In this document: piece by piece, positions 23,636 through 36,428 of the stretch
Numbering within the stretch: position 1 is the stretch's first letter
Layout: every line of letters begins with the position of its first letter
DNA from: Octopus sinensis
Lineage: Eukaryota
NCBI RefSeq assembly: GCF_006345805.1
Contig: NC_043018.1
Location: 6,076,001 to 6,140,000 of the forward strand
DNA length: 64,000 nt
Reading direction: 5' to 3'
Position numbers and translations under genes: made by a program
Notes under the pieces: model-generated
Seen by the model: the letters and a program-made list of their open reading frames with translations, nothing else
Told to the model about the DNA's origin: nothing
Database searches by the model: none

Positions 23636-25006
23636 AATGAAGTTCATTATATAATTTTTTGTTCCTTAGTCAGTTATTTAATTTTTCACACACACACACA
23701 CACACGCATACGTAAGTTAGATTCCCTTGTCTAAGTCCTCTCTGTCATTCTTTACAAACCTGACATTTGTATGATGATGTTTAACAAGAATTCATTAATT
23801 AAACTGAAATATAAATTAATTGAACACACTGATAAATAAATAAGCAAACAAAACCATCTCCTCTCTCTCCCTCTCTCTCTGCCCCCTCTCTGTGTCTGTC
23901 TGTCTCTGTCTCTGTCTCTCTCTCTCCACTATTCTCCCTGTAATGTCCTAACCATCTCTTTTCTGTCAATCCTCTCTCTATTTTTCAGATCCCCAACACT
24001 AACATCGAAACCCTGTAATTGTTGCCTCACAAAACAACAACAACAAAACATCAAAAAAACAACAAATAGTTTCCCAAAAAAAAAAGGGACCAACCAAATT
24101 CCTGCTCCTAAATTTACTCTACAAAAAAAAACCAACCAAACAAACCAAAAAAACAAAATTTATTTAATCGCCAAGCCTACCAACCAACCAACCTACCTAC
24201 CTATCTACCAACCAATTAACCAACCCATGAACCAACCAACCAACTAATCAACCAATCAACCAACCAGCTAGTCAAACCTGACAACCAACTGAAAACATCA
24301 CTACGAACTCCATAATGATTCGAAGTTCCGCTTGCTTCTTGTACCCACCCCAAAATACCATCCGCCATCCAATGTCTTAGGCAGATTTCCATCTTATTTT
24401 ATTTCTTTTTAAATAATTTTTTTTATATTGCTTCTTGATTTTTAAGTTTATATGTTTATATATTTTCATTGCAATTTAATTTAAATTTTATTTATTAATT
24501 TATTTATTCATTTATTCATCATATATCTATATATTCATTCATCCAATCACTCAGTCAATCATTATATATATATATAGTAATAACAAAGGGTAAAATTAAT
24601 TAATTAAGAAGTAATCAATAATTTCACCAAGTAGAATTCAGCATGGAAAAATGTAAACTTAAGTAATACTAAATAATTAGGGTTCAGCAAAGATTTGCTT
24701 TACCACATACCGAAGTTTAGAAATAGCAGCCAAAAAACGTTAGCTATTTCTTCTACTTTAAAAAGGGACTCCCAGAAAAACCAAAATACTTGAAAACAAT
24801 CCACACAGGCAGAGAGGAAGAAGTAAGGAAAATCAATCAATATCTTGATTTTCGTTACTTCTTTTTAAAGTAGAAGAAATAGCTAACGTTTTTTGGCTAC
24901 TATTTCTAAACTTCGCTATGTGGTAAAGCAAATCTTTGCTGAACCCTAATTATTTAGTATATATATAGATAGATAAATAAAAAAAACAATGCAGAGGGGC
25001 AGAGGT

Positions 25007-25086
25007 TCACTACAGCCGTTTCAAATGTGTTTTCTAATGATGAATAAATCAATTAAATCATGTAAAAATCCATTTTCTTCAGGTGA
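25007..25086 (-). ncRNA. Type I hammerhead ribozyme-like motif (HH-c)
   Basis: On the minus strand: TCAC-CTGAAGA-AAATG...CATTT-GAAA-C-GGCT-G-TA-GTGA; stem I TCAC/GTGA, 5-bp base of stem II, GUA triplet. Confidence 0.7.
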
Positions 25087-25385
25087 TTTAAAATTAAGGA
25101 TACATACATATATATGAGTACAGGTGTGGCTGTGTGGTAAGAAGCCTGCTTCGCAACCATATCTTTCCGGGTTCAGTCCCACTGCATGGCACCATGGGCA
25201 AATGTCTTCTACTATAGTCTCTGGCTGACCAAGGCCTTGTGAGTGGATTTAGTAGGGGGGAAACTGAAAGAAGCTTGGAGTCAATTTGTTCGACTAAAAT
25301 CCCTCATTGTGGTACTCAAGCGTGGCCACAGTCAAGTGACTGGAACAAGTAAAAAATTAAAAAATTATATTAGATATACATACAT

Positions 25386-25427
<42 letters not shown>

Positions 25428-25667
25428 TCATCATCATTATCGTCATCGTTTTTACTTATATTTTACTTGTTTCAGTCATTTGACTGTGGCCATGCTGGAG
25501 CACCAACTTTAGTTGAACAAATCGACCCCACGACTTATTTTTTGTAAGCCTAATACTTATTCTATCGGTCTCTTTTGCCAAACAGCTAGGTTATGGTGAC
25601 GTAAACACACCAGCATTTGTTGTCAAGCGATGTTGGAGGAACAAACACACTCACACAAACACACACA

Positions 25668-25715
<48 letters not shown>

Positions 25716-26688
25716 ACATATATATACGACAGGCACCTTTCAGTTTCCGTCTACCAAATCCACTCAGACGGCTTTGGTCGGCCCGAGGCTATAGTAGAAG
25801 ACACTTGCCCAAGGTGCCATACAGTGGGACTGTACCTGGAACCATGTGGTTTGTAAGCAAGCTACTTACCACACAGCCACTCCTATGCCTATACTTATCA
25901 TTTAACATCTGTTTTTCCATGCTCTCATGGGTTGGAAAATAGTCGTCAAACAATGATGATGATGGTGGTATATCCTAAAGGCCGTAAGCCTGAAGAATTG
26001 TTAATGCAGCGGACAAATCATGTAATGGCATTTCATCGAGCTTTTTACATTCTGTGTTCAAATGCAGCCAAGGTTACCTCTGCCTCTCATCCGTTCAGGG
26101 ATCAATAAAATAAGTGCCAGTTTGAGCGCAATGGGGCCAAAACAGTATTTATACGTCGTTGTTGCATAAGTTAAGCTGCAATATATACACACTGCATGAA
26201 AGTTATAACTTACCTCAAGATGCTGCAAAAGAAGCAGAAATCTGGTTTTTTTTTTACAAGATGTTATGTAAATAAACGTTAGAAATTAATAAATGAACGT
26301 TGTTGTTGTTTAATGTTTGCTGAATGAATTAATATGAACCCATCATAAAATTGAAAACCATGTGTATGCACATATGTATGTATATATATATATATCCATG
26401 TGTGTTCATTTGTATATGTGTCTATGTGTAAATGTGTGTGTATGTATGTATATGTATGTATGTATGTATATATATATATATATTATATATATATATATAT
26501 ATATACACACATGTAATTATGTATGTATTGTTGTGTGGTTAAGAAGTTGCATCCCAGCCACATGGTTCCCTTGGATAATATTGGTGGCATGGAGAGGGGA
26601 GGCTGGTATGCATGGGCGACTGCTGGTCATCCAGCATGGTCACAGTCAGATGACTGAAATAAATAAAGAATATAGGTATAGATATAGG

Positions 26689-26730
<42 letters not shown>

Positions 26731-26920
26731 GTGTGTATGTGAAATTTACAGTAAAACAGGACGAAGACAGGTGTATAAACAACAAGCAAGAGTCTTTTAC
26801 ATTTCAAGCCTATGCTCTTCAGCAGAAAGCAACATGAGGAAATAAAGAGAGAGAGGGAATGAAAAAGACTTGTGTGGATTTAGCGATCAATCCTGGTGGT
26901 CTATCATACCTGTATGTATG

Positions 26921-26967
<47 letters not shown>

Positions 26968-27282
26968 GGGATATATATATATAGGGATATATAATAATAA
27001 GATAAATGCACCCTTTTAAAGCCTAGCCAGGCTCATGGGCCCAGTTTCCTGGTTTCTATGGCGTATATGTTCCCCAGCTGGATGGGACGCCAGTCCATCG
27101 CAGCGTTACTCATTTTTGCCAGCTGAGTGGACTGGAGCAACGTGAAATGAAGTGTTTTGCTCAAGAACACAACGCATCAGCCAATCCAGGAATCGAAACC
27201 ACAATCTTATGATCATGATGCTGACAGCCTAACCACTAAGCCACGCACCTCCACTGTAGGGATATATAGGGATATATATATG

Positions 27283-27319
<37 letters not shown>

Positions 27320-27484
27320 GGTATATTAAAATCAAAATAAGCAACAAGGATATCCTTGTTGCTTATTTTGATTTTAATCACCTTATTTTCAAATTGTATG
27401 GATAATACCATACTAAATTCTGGTGCCTCAACTTAAGTACCATATTCATCTGAACCTATGTATAGTATAGGTATATACATACAT

Positions 27485-27567
<83 letters not shown>

Positions 27568-28272
27568 TATGTATCAGGTCATCCCATAAGTTCTGTGTAA
27601 CTTTATGTCTGTGTTTGTCCCCCACCACCACTTGCATCCCAAATGACTTAGTGGTTTGGGAAAAGAGACCAATAGAGTAAGCTTTAAAAAATAAGTACTG
27701 GGCTCAATACGCTTGACTAAAATTAAAAGGCAGTGCCCTAGCATGGCCGCAGTCAAATGACTGAAACAAGTAAAAGATAGATACACACTCACATATATAT
27801 ATATATTTCTTTAATAATCATTTGAATCACTACCACCTGATTAAAATTTTTGTAGATGTGTAGGACACATCCATCTGATCAGCTATTAGAAGAGTAAGGG
27901 ATTTGAGACAAATTCGAGATGGCTTCTAGAAGTTAGGCTTCTGTTAGTCAGCTCAAGTCATGTGGTATTGATGATGTGAAAATGACACCAGCTATTTTCT
28001 TTATTTTTAGGCTCACTTGCTTGGACAGGATGATGGCAGGACACTGGTGCCACTTTGGTGACAGGCTACAGTATAGTGTTTTCAGTGACCTCAGTTCTTT
28101 GTTTTGGGGACATCACACGGTGGTGCTGTATGTTGGCACAAATCAGTAACTTAATCATTATTCAGTGGAGTATTTACGAATTAGTGGGAACTGTCTTTAC
28201 ACTGTAGCAACTAAATTTGATGGCATTCAGTTACAAATGAGGTTGGACAATCAACATTGGTGAGCTGTGGGC

Positions 28273-28606
28273 TGTATGGGTAGCAGGGCTTAAATACTCT
28301 GCTCTTATGTGGGAGACAGCTATACACTTTAAGATCATATATTTGAATTGCCAACTGCCAATGGCTTGAAGTTTATCAACCCTTTAGCATTTAAACTGGT
28401 CACACGGGGCCAAAATATTTCGTTTTATATTGAAACTGTGTGTATGGGTAGCAGGGCTTAAATACTCTACCCTCATGTGTGAGACAGCTATACACTTTAA
28501 GATCATATATTTGAATTGCCAACTGCCAATGGCTTGTAGTTTATCAACCCTTTAGCATTTAAACTGGTCGCATGGGGCCAAAATATTTCGGTTTATATTG
28601 AAACTT
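28273..28606. repeat. 168-bp direct tandem duplication
   Basis: TGTATGGGTAGCAGGGCTTAAATACT at 28273 and 28441, with both units colinear. Confidence 0.9.
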
Positions 28607-30390
28607 GCTAGATCTGACATTTTGCAACTATCTGACATCTATCCTACGATATTGTTTTACAAATAAACAATTACATAATCAAAATCTTGAAGTTATGAGA
28701 TAAAGCATGATTAATTCAAAACAATGTGAATAAATAAGCATTACATTTGACATGGGAATCTGCATGCTAAAAGATAGAAATTGTGTACCTCTGGTGACAG
28801 CAGTATGTAGTTCATTTTTCCTGTTAACAGACACTGCAGTTGGTATAGTATGTGTAGTCTCTTGCAGTGACAGGGTTAGCAATTGCGTGTTCCAGATAAG
28901 CAAGGAAGTGAGATCAAGAGGTTGAGTTTTCCTTGTTCCTGTACTTGAAGGAGTGCATGTGCTGTTTATATCTTTCCTTAAAATCATTAGCTGTCATGCC
29001 TGTGTAATGTTTTGTGATGCCATCTTATGGTACAAGAGTGTATCTATAGACTACACCTTTTGAGAGGCAAGTTATTCCCTGTGGGCAGCTGGTAGAAATT
29101 CAAAAGTTACAGGTTGCGGTGTAGATTGGAAGCTGTGTAGGTGTTTGTGGCATGTGATGAGTAAAGTGATATTGTCTAAACAGGAATAACTGACTTTAAC
29201 ATTGTGGGGACTGAAGGATTTATAATACCTATGGGTTCTTGGTAAATGTTTTTTTAATTAGTGTTAAGAAGCTCCTGGTTATGTCAGTTTCTAGGTTGTA
29301 TGGAGGATCGAACCAGTTTATTTTTGTTTCCAACTCTCTTCAGGTTCAGGGTTTGGGTGATGTACTTCATATATATATATATATATCAGCAAATCCACTC
29401 CTTGCTAATGTCTCATTATAGTAGGGTGCAGTCAAGTTGGAGATTTTTCTGTTTGCTGATAGATTAGAGATTCTCTTCTTATGCTTGTAAATAGGTTTCT
29501 AATTACAGCTGTAGGGTGGTTGGAGTTTCCATGGATATAAACAATTTTCTCATTGAGTTTTATATAAGAGTAGTACTTGCATGTCCACAAGTTTAGACTG
29601 GTAAGAGTGATAAGGGAGTGTGTAAACTAAGAGAGACAATGATTGCTACATGTTTGTTATTGACAGGGAATTAAAGAGAAAACAACATGAACAGAATTAT
29701 GGGAAAGCAGTAAAGATTTATATTTCATTTTTGGATTTGGTTTGCAAGATCCATTACGTGAGTTCGTGTGTTGAAGCATATTCTGTTGTGTCTGGGGAGA
29801 GTCAGTTTCTTTCTGTGCCTTATAATTTAACACACACATCAGTAAAATTTCCACTTTTTTTTCTTATTTTTATTTTCCTAAAATTTTCATTGCGTCTTGC
29901 AACCTTTTCAATAGTTTTGACTCTGTCCTTTATTTACACTGCTGTTATTTACTTGCAAACTATTGAAAAGGTTGCAAGACGCAACGAAAATTTTTGGAAA
30001 ATAAAAATAAGAAAAAAAAGTGGAAATTTTACCGGTGAGTGTGTTACATTATAAGGCACAAAAAGAAAATGACTCTCCCCAGACACAACAGAATAAAGAT
30101 TTGTTGTGGTAAAAGAGAATGGATGATGGAGTGCAACAGGGATTGTGAAGGTGAGGTCCATAGATGCCGACTTGAAATTATAAGGTGGTGAGAGATAATT
30201 GTGACTAGTGGTAGAGGGTGACAAACAAGGAGTACTGAACTGGGATGTTTAATGCCATCCCTCACTACACAGGCATCATGATGGAAGGGAGAAGGGGTTT
30301 GCATGATGGAGGGATGGTGGGAAAGAAGTATAATAATGACAATAGGTAATGGTTGAAGGATTGAATATAGCTGCTGTCGCTTGTTATATA

Positions 30391-30553
30391 CTGTATTTTA
30401 ATATGTATAAGGAACCCTTTTTTTGTCAAAAATTAGGTTTGAAAAAATATGGGAGTTTCTTTTACATGGATAGTATTATAATCCCTTAGAAAACCTTTTT
30501 TCCAAATTTAAGCCCCCAAAATTAGGGGGTTCCTTATACATATTAGAATACAG
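30391..30553. mobile_element. TA-flanked MITE (pogo/Tc1-like)
   Basis: TIRs CTGTATTTTAATATGTATAAGGAACCC / GGGTTCCTTATACATATTAGAATACAG with TA on both sides. Confidence 0.8.
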
Positions 30554-31271
30554 TACATGGCATGGTACAGAGAAGAGAATAATGAATAGGGTTTTATATA
30601 TATATACACACACATACACACACACACACACACACCACACACACACACACATATATATATCGTGATCACATGACTGACCAGGCTATCAGATTTTGTTACT
30701 CATCATTGATCACAATGCGCTGTTGCATTGTTACAGCCTTCAAAAGATGGCCACCCCGCTGACTAGGCAAGCAAGCTAACATTCCTACATGATCGAAAGG
30801 GGATATTAAAGCAATGTGGAATGAAGTGTTTTGCACAAGAAAACAAAACTGCTCAGCCTGGAATTCGAACCCATGATCTAGTGATCATGAATGCAACAGT
30901 CTTAACCACCGGGCCATGTGCCTATATGTATGTATGTATGTATGTGTGTCTGTGTGTGTATATATATATATAAAATTATTAATTTTATTATTATTGTTAT
31001 TGATTAGCAGAAGTTACTGAGTGACTCATGGGCCAACAGTTTCTTGCAGAGCCAATGCTCGAAACTTTTGTCCCTTGAGTAACTCTGTCAGTTCGGCCAA
31101 TTAATAATAAAATCTAATATTTAGAGTTGCATTTTCCTGTTTGTATTACCAAACTTATATACATGTGTGTGTGTATGTATGTAAGTATATATATAATCAA
31201 AAATAAGCAACAAGAATGGCTCCGGTAATTTAGTACAATTGTTTCATACTATAACATTTTATTAAAAGCTG

Positions 31272-31330
<59 letters not shown>

Positions 31331-31579
31331 GCGTCTGTGCATACATATATATTAGAAGTGACACCTTCACTAATTGATACTATGAGTTCTACATTTCCAA
31401 TCTTCAAAAGATATGAATTTCAGAGTAACAATTTGGGAAGTTTTTTAGCTTCTAATAAATACAATTCAACATTCTGTATTGAGTACTCTTCTTGTTTGGA
31501 CCTTTTTTTGCTAACATACATGAATACACAGACACACACATGTACAACATCACCGACACACATGTGCACTGTCACACAA

Positions 31580-31615
<36 letters not shown>

Positions 31616-34504
31616 ACACATGTACACCCTCACTCATACACATACGTATACTGCGTGCGACATATTATTGTCTTTGTTTCTGCTGGGGTAATGTGTCTTT
31701 GACTAACAATAAGCATCATGGCTGCATCGCGACCGTGTTTGTCTTACTAAACTCTGCCTATGATAGCATTTAATCGCTTCTGCTTTTGTTGTATATTTGG
31801 CATTTAACCATTTAAAGAACTTCATTTGGAGTGGCAGGTGAGGGCAGGTGCCTTTGTAGTGTGCTTCTGTATTGTCTGAATAAATTTCTATATTGCAATA
31901 ACATTGCTCTAGTGTCTTTGTCCAGCTTGTAACTTTTGGCATTGCAATTGGCGCAAAAAAACATGATGTTGCTATAGCAACCCCACTGCATCTATGCTGC
32001 GTTATTTGTGCATTATTGCTTAGACTTTAACATTCAGCTTGCCATTGCAGAAAAATATGGCATTACTACAGCATCATCATTGCACCTATATTGTGCTACT
32101 TATGCGTCACTATCCAGCTTTTGATTTTCAGCTTTCTCATCAGACAAGATAATTCAATGTATATAACACACACACACACACAAAATAAATGCCACATGCA
32201 AACACATGGTATATTTATAGAAGAAAGCATGCACATCTAAGTGTCAAAAGATGACACCACTATGGTTTCATTATTGTACCTCCATCTGACTACTTATGCA
32301 TTGTTGTTCGTTGTTTAGCTTGTAACTTTTGGCTTTGTCATTGCAGAAAAGCGGCATCAACATGGTATGATTACTATACTTCATGGTACCATTTTTTTTT
32401 TTCGTTGCTCAGCTTTTGCAGACAAACCTCTATCATTCTATCTTGATGGTATAACCACTGCATTGCGTTGTGTCATTCTATCATTTCTACTTGACATTTA
32501 AAGCTAACCCTGTGTCATTTCATTACTGCAGTATTTCCATTCTGTTACTTTACTTATCACATCTTTGGATACATATCACAATTCTGGAAGTTTTGTGGTC
32601 TTTTTTACAGCTTTATTTCTGCTAAAACCATGACATCACTTCAGTAACACCACTGCGTCTTATGCTACAAAATTTCCAAGCCATACTTAGCATAAAAACT
32701 GCACTATTTACTTACTCATATGCTGTTGCTATTGTCTCAGAGGTTATAAATTTCGCTGTAAACATTTTTGCCATAGGAAAATACACTGTAAAAAAAAAAA
32801 AATTGTGAAAACAAAAAAGGATCAGCTGTTTTTTGTTTTAAAATGACAACTTCATCAACTGACCTATCAAATTAGATAAAGGTAATTTCTTTGAAATAAG
32901 TTACCTAGCTTACAGTCCGCTTGTGTGCCTACGTTTTGGTGAAATTTCCTGTGGCAAATTTTCCTATGGCAAAAATGTTTACTGCGAATTTTCTGGATAT
33001 GTATCTTGGAGACCACAAAATATCCAACATTGGTGAATGATTGTCACACCACAAACAGCAGAAACAAGAGGACGACACGGAAGAAGCAGAAGATGACATC
33101 TTTATTCATGTGTGTAATGCTTTTCTGGACATTTTAAAATATTTTTTTGGTTTTCCTTTTGTATATAGGATGTTAATATCAACTATTTTATGGCTATATT
33201 TTTTTGGTCATAATTGTTGTCATTTAGCGCCGTGATCAAGCAGATCTATGGTAAAATGTATTCCAAGTATTTTTTTTACGTTTCTGATATACTGTCAGGG
33301 CGGCGAGCTGGCAGAAACGTTAGCACGCCAGGCGAAATGTGTAACCGTATTTCGTCTGCCATTACGTTCTGAGTTCAAATTCCGCCAAGGTCGACTTTGC
33401 CTTTCATCCTTTCGGGGTTGATTAAATAAGTACCAGTTACGCACTGGGGTCGATATAATTGACTTAATCCGTTTGTCTGTCCTTGTTTGTCCTCTCTGTG
33501 TTTAGCCCCTTGTGGGTAGTAAAGAAATAGATATACTGTCAAAGTCCAAAGCAAAATTATGGTTTAGAATTAACGATAGATATTAAGCATATATGGTATG
33601 CTCTGTAGAGTGGTTGGCATTAGGAAAGGTACCAAACTGTAAAAACCATACCAAAGCTGACAGTAGAGCTTGGTGCAATCTTTTGGCCTACCAGCTCTTG
33701 TTAAACCGTTCTATGCTCTCATGGAAGACAAACATTAAAGAATGATGATGGTGATGATGCTCCAGGAATCCCATTGTGTGCATACATGTTGGGTATTTTG
33801 CTAGAAGTAGCAGTCAAATCTCTGTGTATTACACTATGATCTTAAAAAGAAAGGAATGATGCAATAGACAGTGTAGTCTTTGATACATTGTGTCTGTAAG
33901 AAAATAAGATAGTGTAATCTGGAATATCTTTGGACATAGGCCTGCTAGGGGGTATTGCTCCAGCATGGCTTTTGCTGTAATCACTAAAACAATATGAAAA
34001 GTTCAAGAACTCTTTGATTAGTTCAGTTGGAGATGATCTGGTGTTAAAGTGCACAGCAGGGGTCGCCACCACCCCCTGCCGGAGCCTTGTGAAGCTTTTA
34101 TCTTTTGCCTGAAACAAAAGATAAATGATAATGTTATCCAATATGTGTTTTTGTAAGAAGATAACATGTGATCTGAGAGAGATTGGCTGCTATTTCAAGC
34201 AGACTTGAGCAGTCATATTGAGGATGATGAGAGAAGTAAAAAAAAAAGGGTAGTATTTGCAATAGAAAAATTTTCTCCTCTATCTACTGAGAGTGGGGTG
34301 AGGATGGAGAGAGGTTCTGTGTAGTAATTCCATGTGTTAGAAATAGCAGCTAAATCTCCCTGAAATTAGACCTTCCCATCTGAGAAATAAAGAACTCTTA
34401 GCTAACCTGAAGCTAAACACCATCCATTTATGGGCTCCGTTATTTTTGTTTTTTTATTGTGTGTATATTGGTTCCCTTTTAATGAACAATACATGATAGA
34501 TCAA

Positions 34505-34700
34505 TGTGCTAGAAATAGCAGCCAAAGTCTTCTTCTGATCACCCCCTGCTAGAAATAGCAACCAAAGTCTTCCTCAGATCACACCCTGCTAGAAATAGCA
34601 GCTAGAGTCTTCCTCAAAAAATAGCAGCTAAAGTCCTCCTAAAATTACACCCTGCTAGAAATGGCAGCCAATACCTTCCTCAAATCACTTCCTGCCCTCT
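34505..34700. repeat. About 40-bp tandem repeat, 4-5 units (GCTAGAAATAGCAGCCAAAGTCTTCCTC...)
   Basis: Visible tandem units; single copies of the motif occur at about 34338 and 55030. Confidence 0.75.
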
Positions 34701-35069
34701 TAAAATATTTGTAATGATTCCAAAGTTTGGATGATCGTGTTCGGAACATCTTTGATCATAGGTGTGCTCCATCAGAAGTGACCTGGGGCTAAATAACTAC
34801 AGCAATTGTATGTTCTATCACCATCATCATCATCAACCCCTGGACATTGTCTCAAGTCCTAAAACTCATAGACCTGGTTACCTGGTTTCCATGGCATTAT
34901 AAGGGTTCAAGATGACAACGTCCCCCTTGAATGGGAACCCAGTTCGTTTCAGGGTTACTCATTTACAGCTGAACAGACTGGAGCAGTTTGAAATGAAATG
35001 TCTTTCTCAAGAACAAAATGCACTACCTGACCCAGGGATGGAAACCACCATTTTGTCATAATAAGTGTG

Positions 35070-35480
35070 GGATCTTTGCGGTTTGAACCGTAGTTTTTTC
35101 TAGCGGTGTCATATGAAATTGTCACCCATAATTATGACCCTAGTATCAATCTATTGCATTTCAATCTGTTTTAGGGTTAGGGGTGGGGTGAAGGGTATCT
35201 TTTTTTTCTTCACAAATGTAAATAAACCCAATCTGTTTCTTAAACGAGGGACATATTCATACAGCACAGAATGTTTTTTACATCAATAGACGTCATTGAT
35301 TGGTTGAAATTGCAGAAATTAAAAAAAAAACAACAAATATCTTACAAACTATAGAATTTTCTCAATAAAGCCAAGAGAAAAAGATGTTTTATAAACACAT
35401 TCTACCAGTATACGAAGTTTAAAATTTTTTAGTTACCTAGAAATTATTTTAAAAAACTGCCGGTCAAACCGGAAAGATCC
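35070..35480. mobile_element. GGATC-terminal MITE family; copies at 49571-50391, 50418-50824 and 58619-59218
   Basis: About 30-bp TIRs GGATCTTTTCGGTTTGAACGGCAGTTTTTT / AAAAAACTGCCGTTCAAACCGAAAAGATCC, internal TTAGGG-like motif, near-identical bodies. Confidence 0.8.
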
Positions 35481-35579
35481 TGAGTGTATCATCATAACCA
35501 CTAGGCTACATATCTTCGTTGTATGTATTCTCATTATTTATTCCCTTATTCATCATTGATATTTCTGATTGCCTTGCAG

Positions 35580-35946
35580 CGACCGAGCGAAGGGGACGTA
35601 ACTGCCAGTCGGTACCAGGGATCACAGAGACTTGCCAACTTTTTCCGGAGCAGCAGCCAAGCAGAGATCGATGTGAACTCCACATCGCCAGACATACGAT
35701 CGACGGGATCGTCGCCTTCTAACTTTATGATCGGATGTCTGAATGAGAGTCCAAGTTTCAGCCTGAATGACCGACACGGTCAAGGTCAAGTTCAAGGACG
35801 TTCAGGGTCAGATCCGGCTCTTGGAGAAGCTTCATCTTCAATTTTGTTTGGTGGTATGAAGAAGGACTTGTCTGATAACGAGGCGTATGGAAGAGCAGAC
35901 AAATTACAAGCAATGGAGTCAAATTCTCCGAGTAATTATAGTAAAG
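35580..35946 (+). CDS. WDR91: WDR91 coding exon 7 (Ser-rich linker)
   Basis: Acceptor ccttgcag in phase 0, RPSEGDVTASRYQGSQRLANFF...ESNSPSNYSK, donor gtattt at 35947; higher GC than the flanks. Confidence 0.82.
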
Positions 35947-36428
35947 GTATTTATATTTATTTAAAATAATAATAATAATAATAATGAAATTATTGTATAC
36001 TTCATCCGTGTCGGTGACATGTAAAAAGCACCAACAATCGCGAATATTTGCTAGCCTCCTCCGGCCCCTGTGCCGGTGGCACGTAAAAAGCACCCACTAA
36101 ACTCTTGGAGTGGTTGGCGTTAGGAAGGGCATCCAGCTGTAGAAACACTGCCAGATCAGACTGGAGCCTGGTACAGCCTCCTGGCTTCCCAGATCCCCAG
36201 TCAACCGTCCAACCCATGCTAGCATAGAAAACGGACTTAAAACGATGATGATGATGATACATAAAGTGTACACACACATATATACATACATGCATATAAA
36301 TTTCTGTGTCTGTGTATATGTCTACACGCACACAAATTTAAATATATATAGATTTAGATGTTTGTCTTTACAGTTATATGTTTGTATATAGATATGTATA
36401 TATATATATGTTACTCTTTTAGTTTCAG

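Noticed and set aside
24250-24425. Roughly 58-aa minus-strand ORF (MEICLRHW...)
   Set aside because: It is short, runs into (GGTT)n repeats, and shows no recognisable homology.
26210-26250. CTCAAGATGC...GCAGAAA, resembling a Penelope hammerhead
   Set aside because: The catalytic G is replaced and stems I and III do not form; at best it is a dead relic.
28010-28100. Acceptor-like TTTTTAG followed by GC-richer sequence
   Set aside because: The phase 0 frame stops after 16 codons and no good donor follows.
33041-33235. Short acidic ORF (QEDDTEEAEDD) in the large intron
   Set aside because: No convincing splice sites or homology; it is adjacent to transposon-like subterminal repeats at about 32930-33000.
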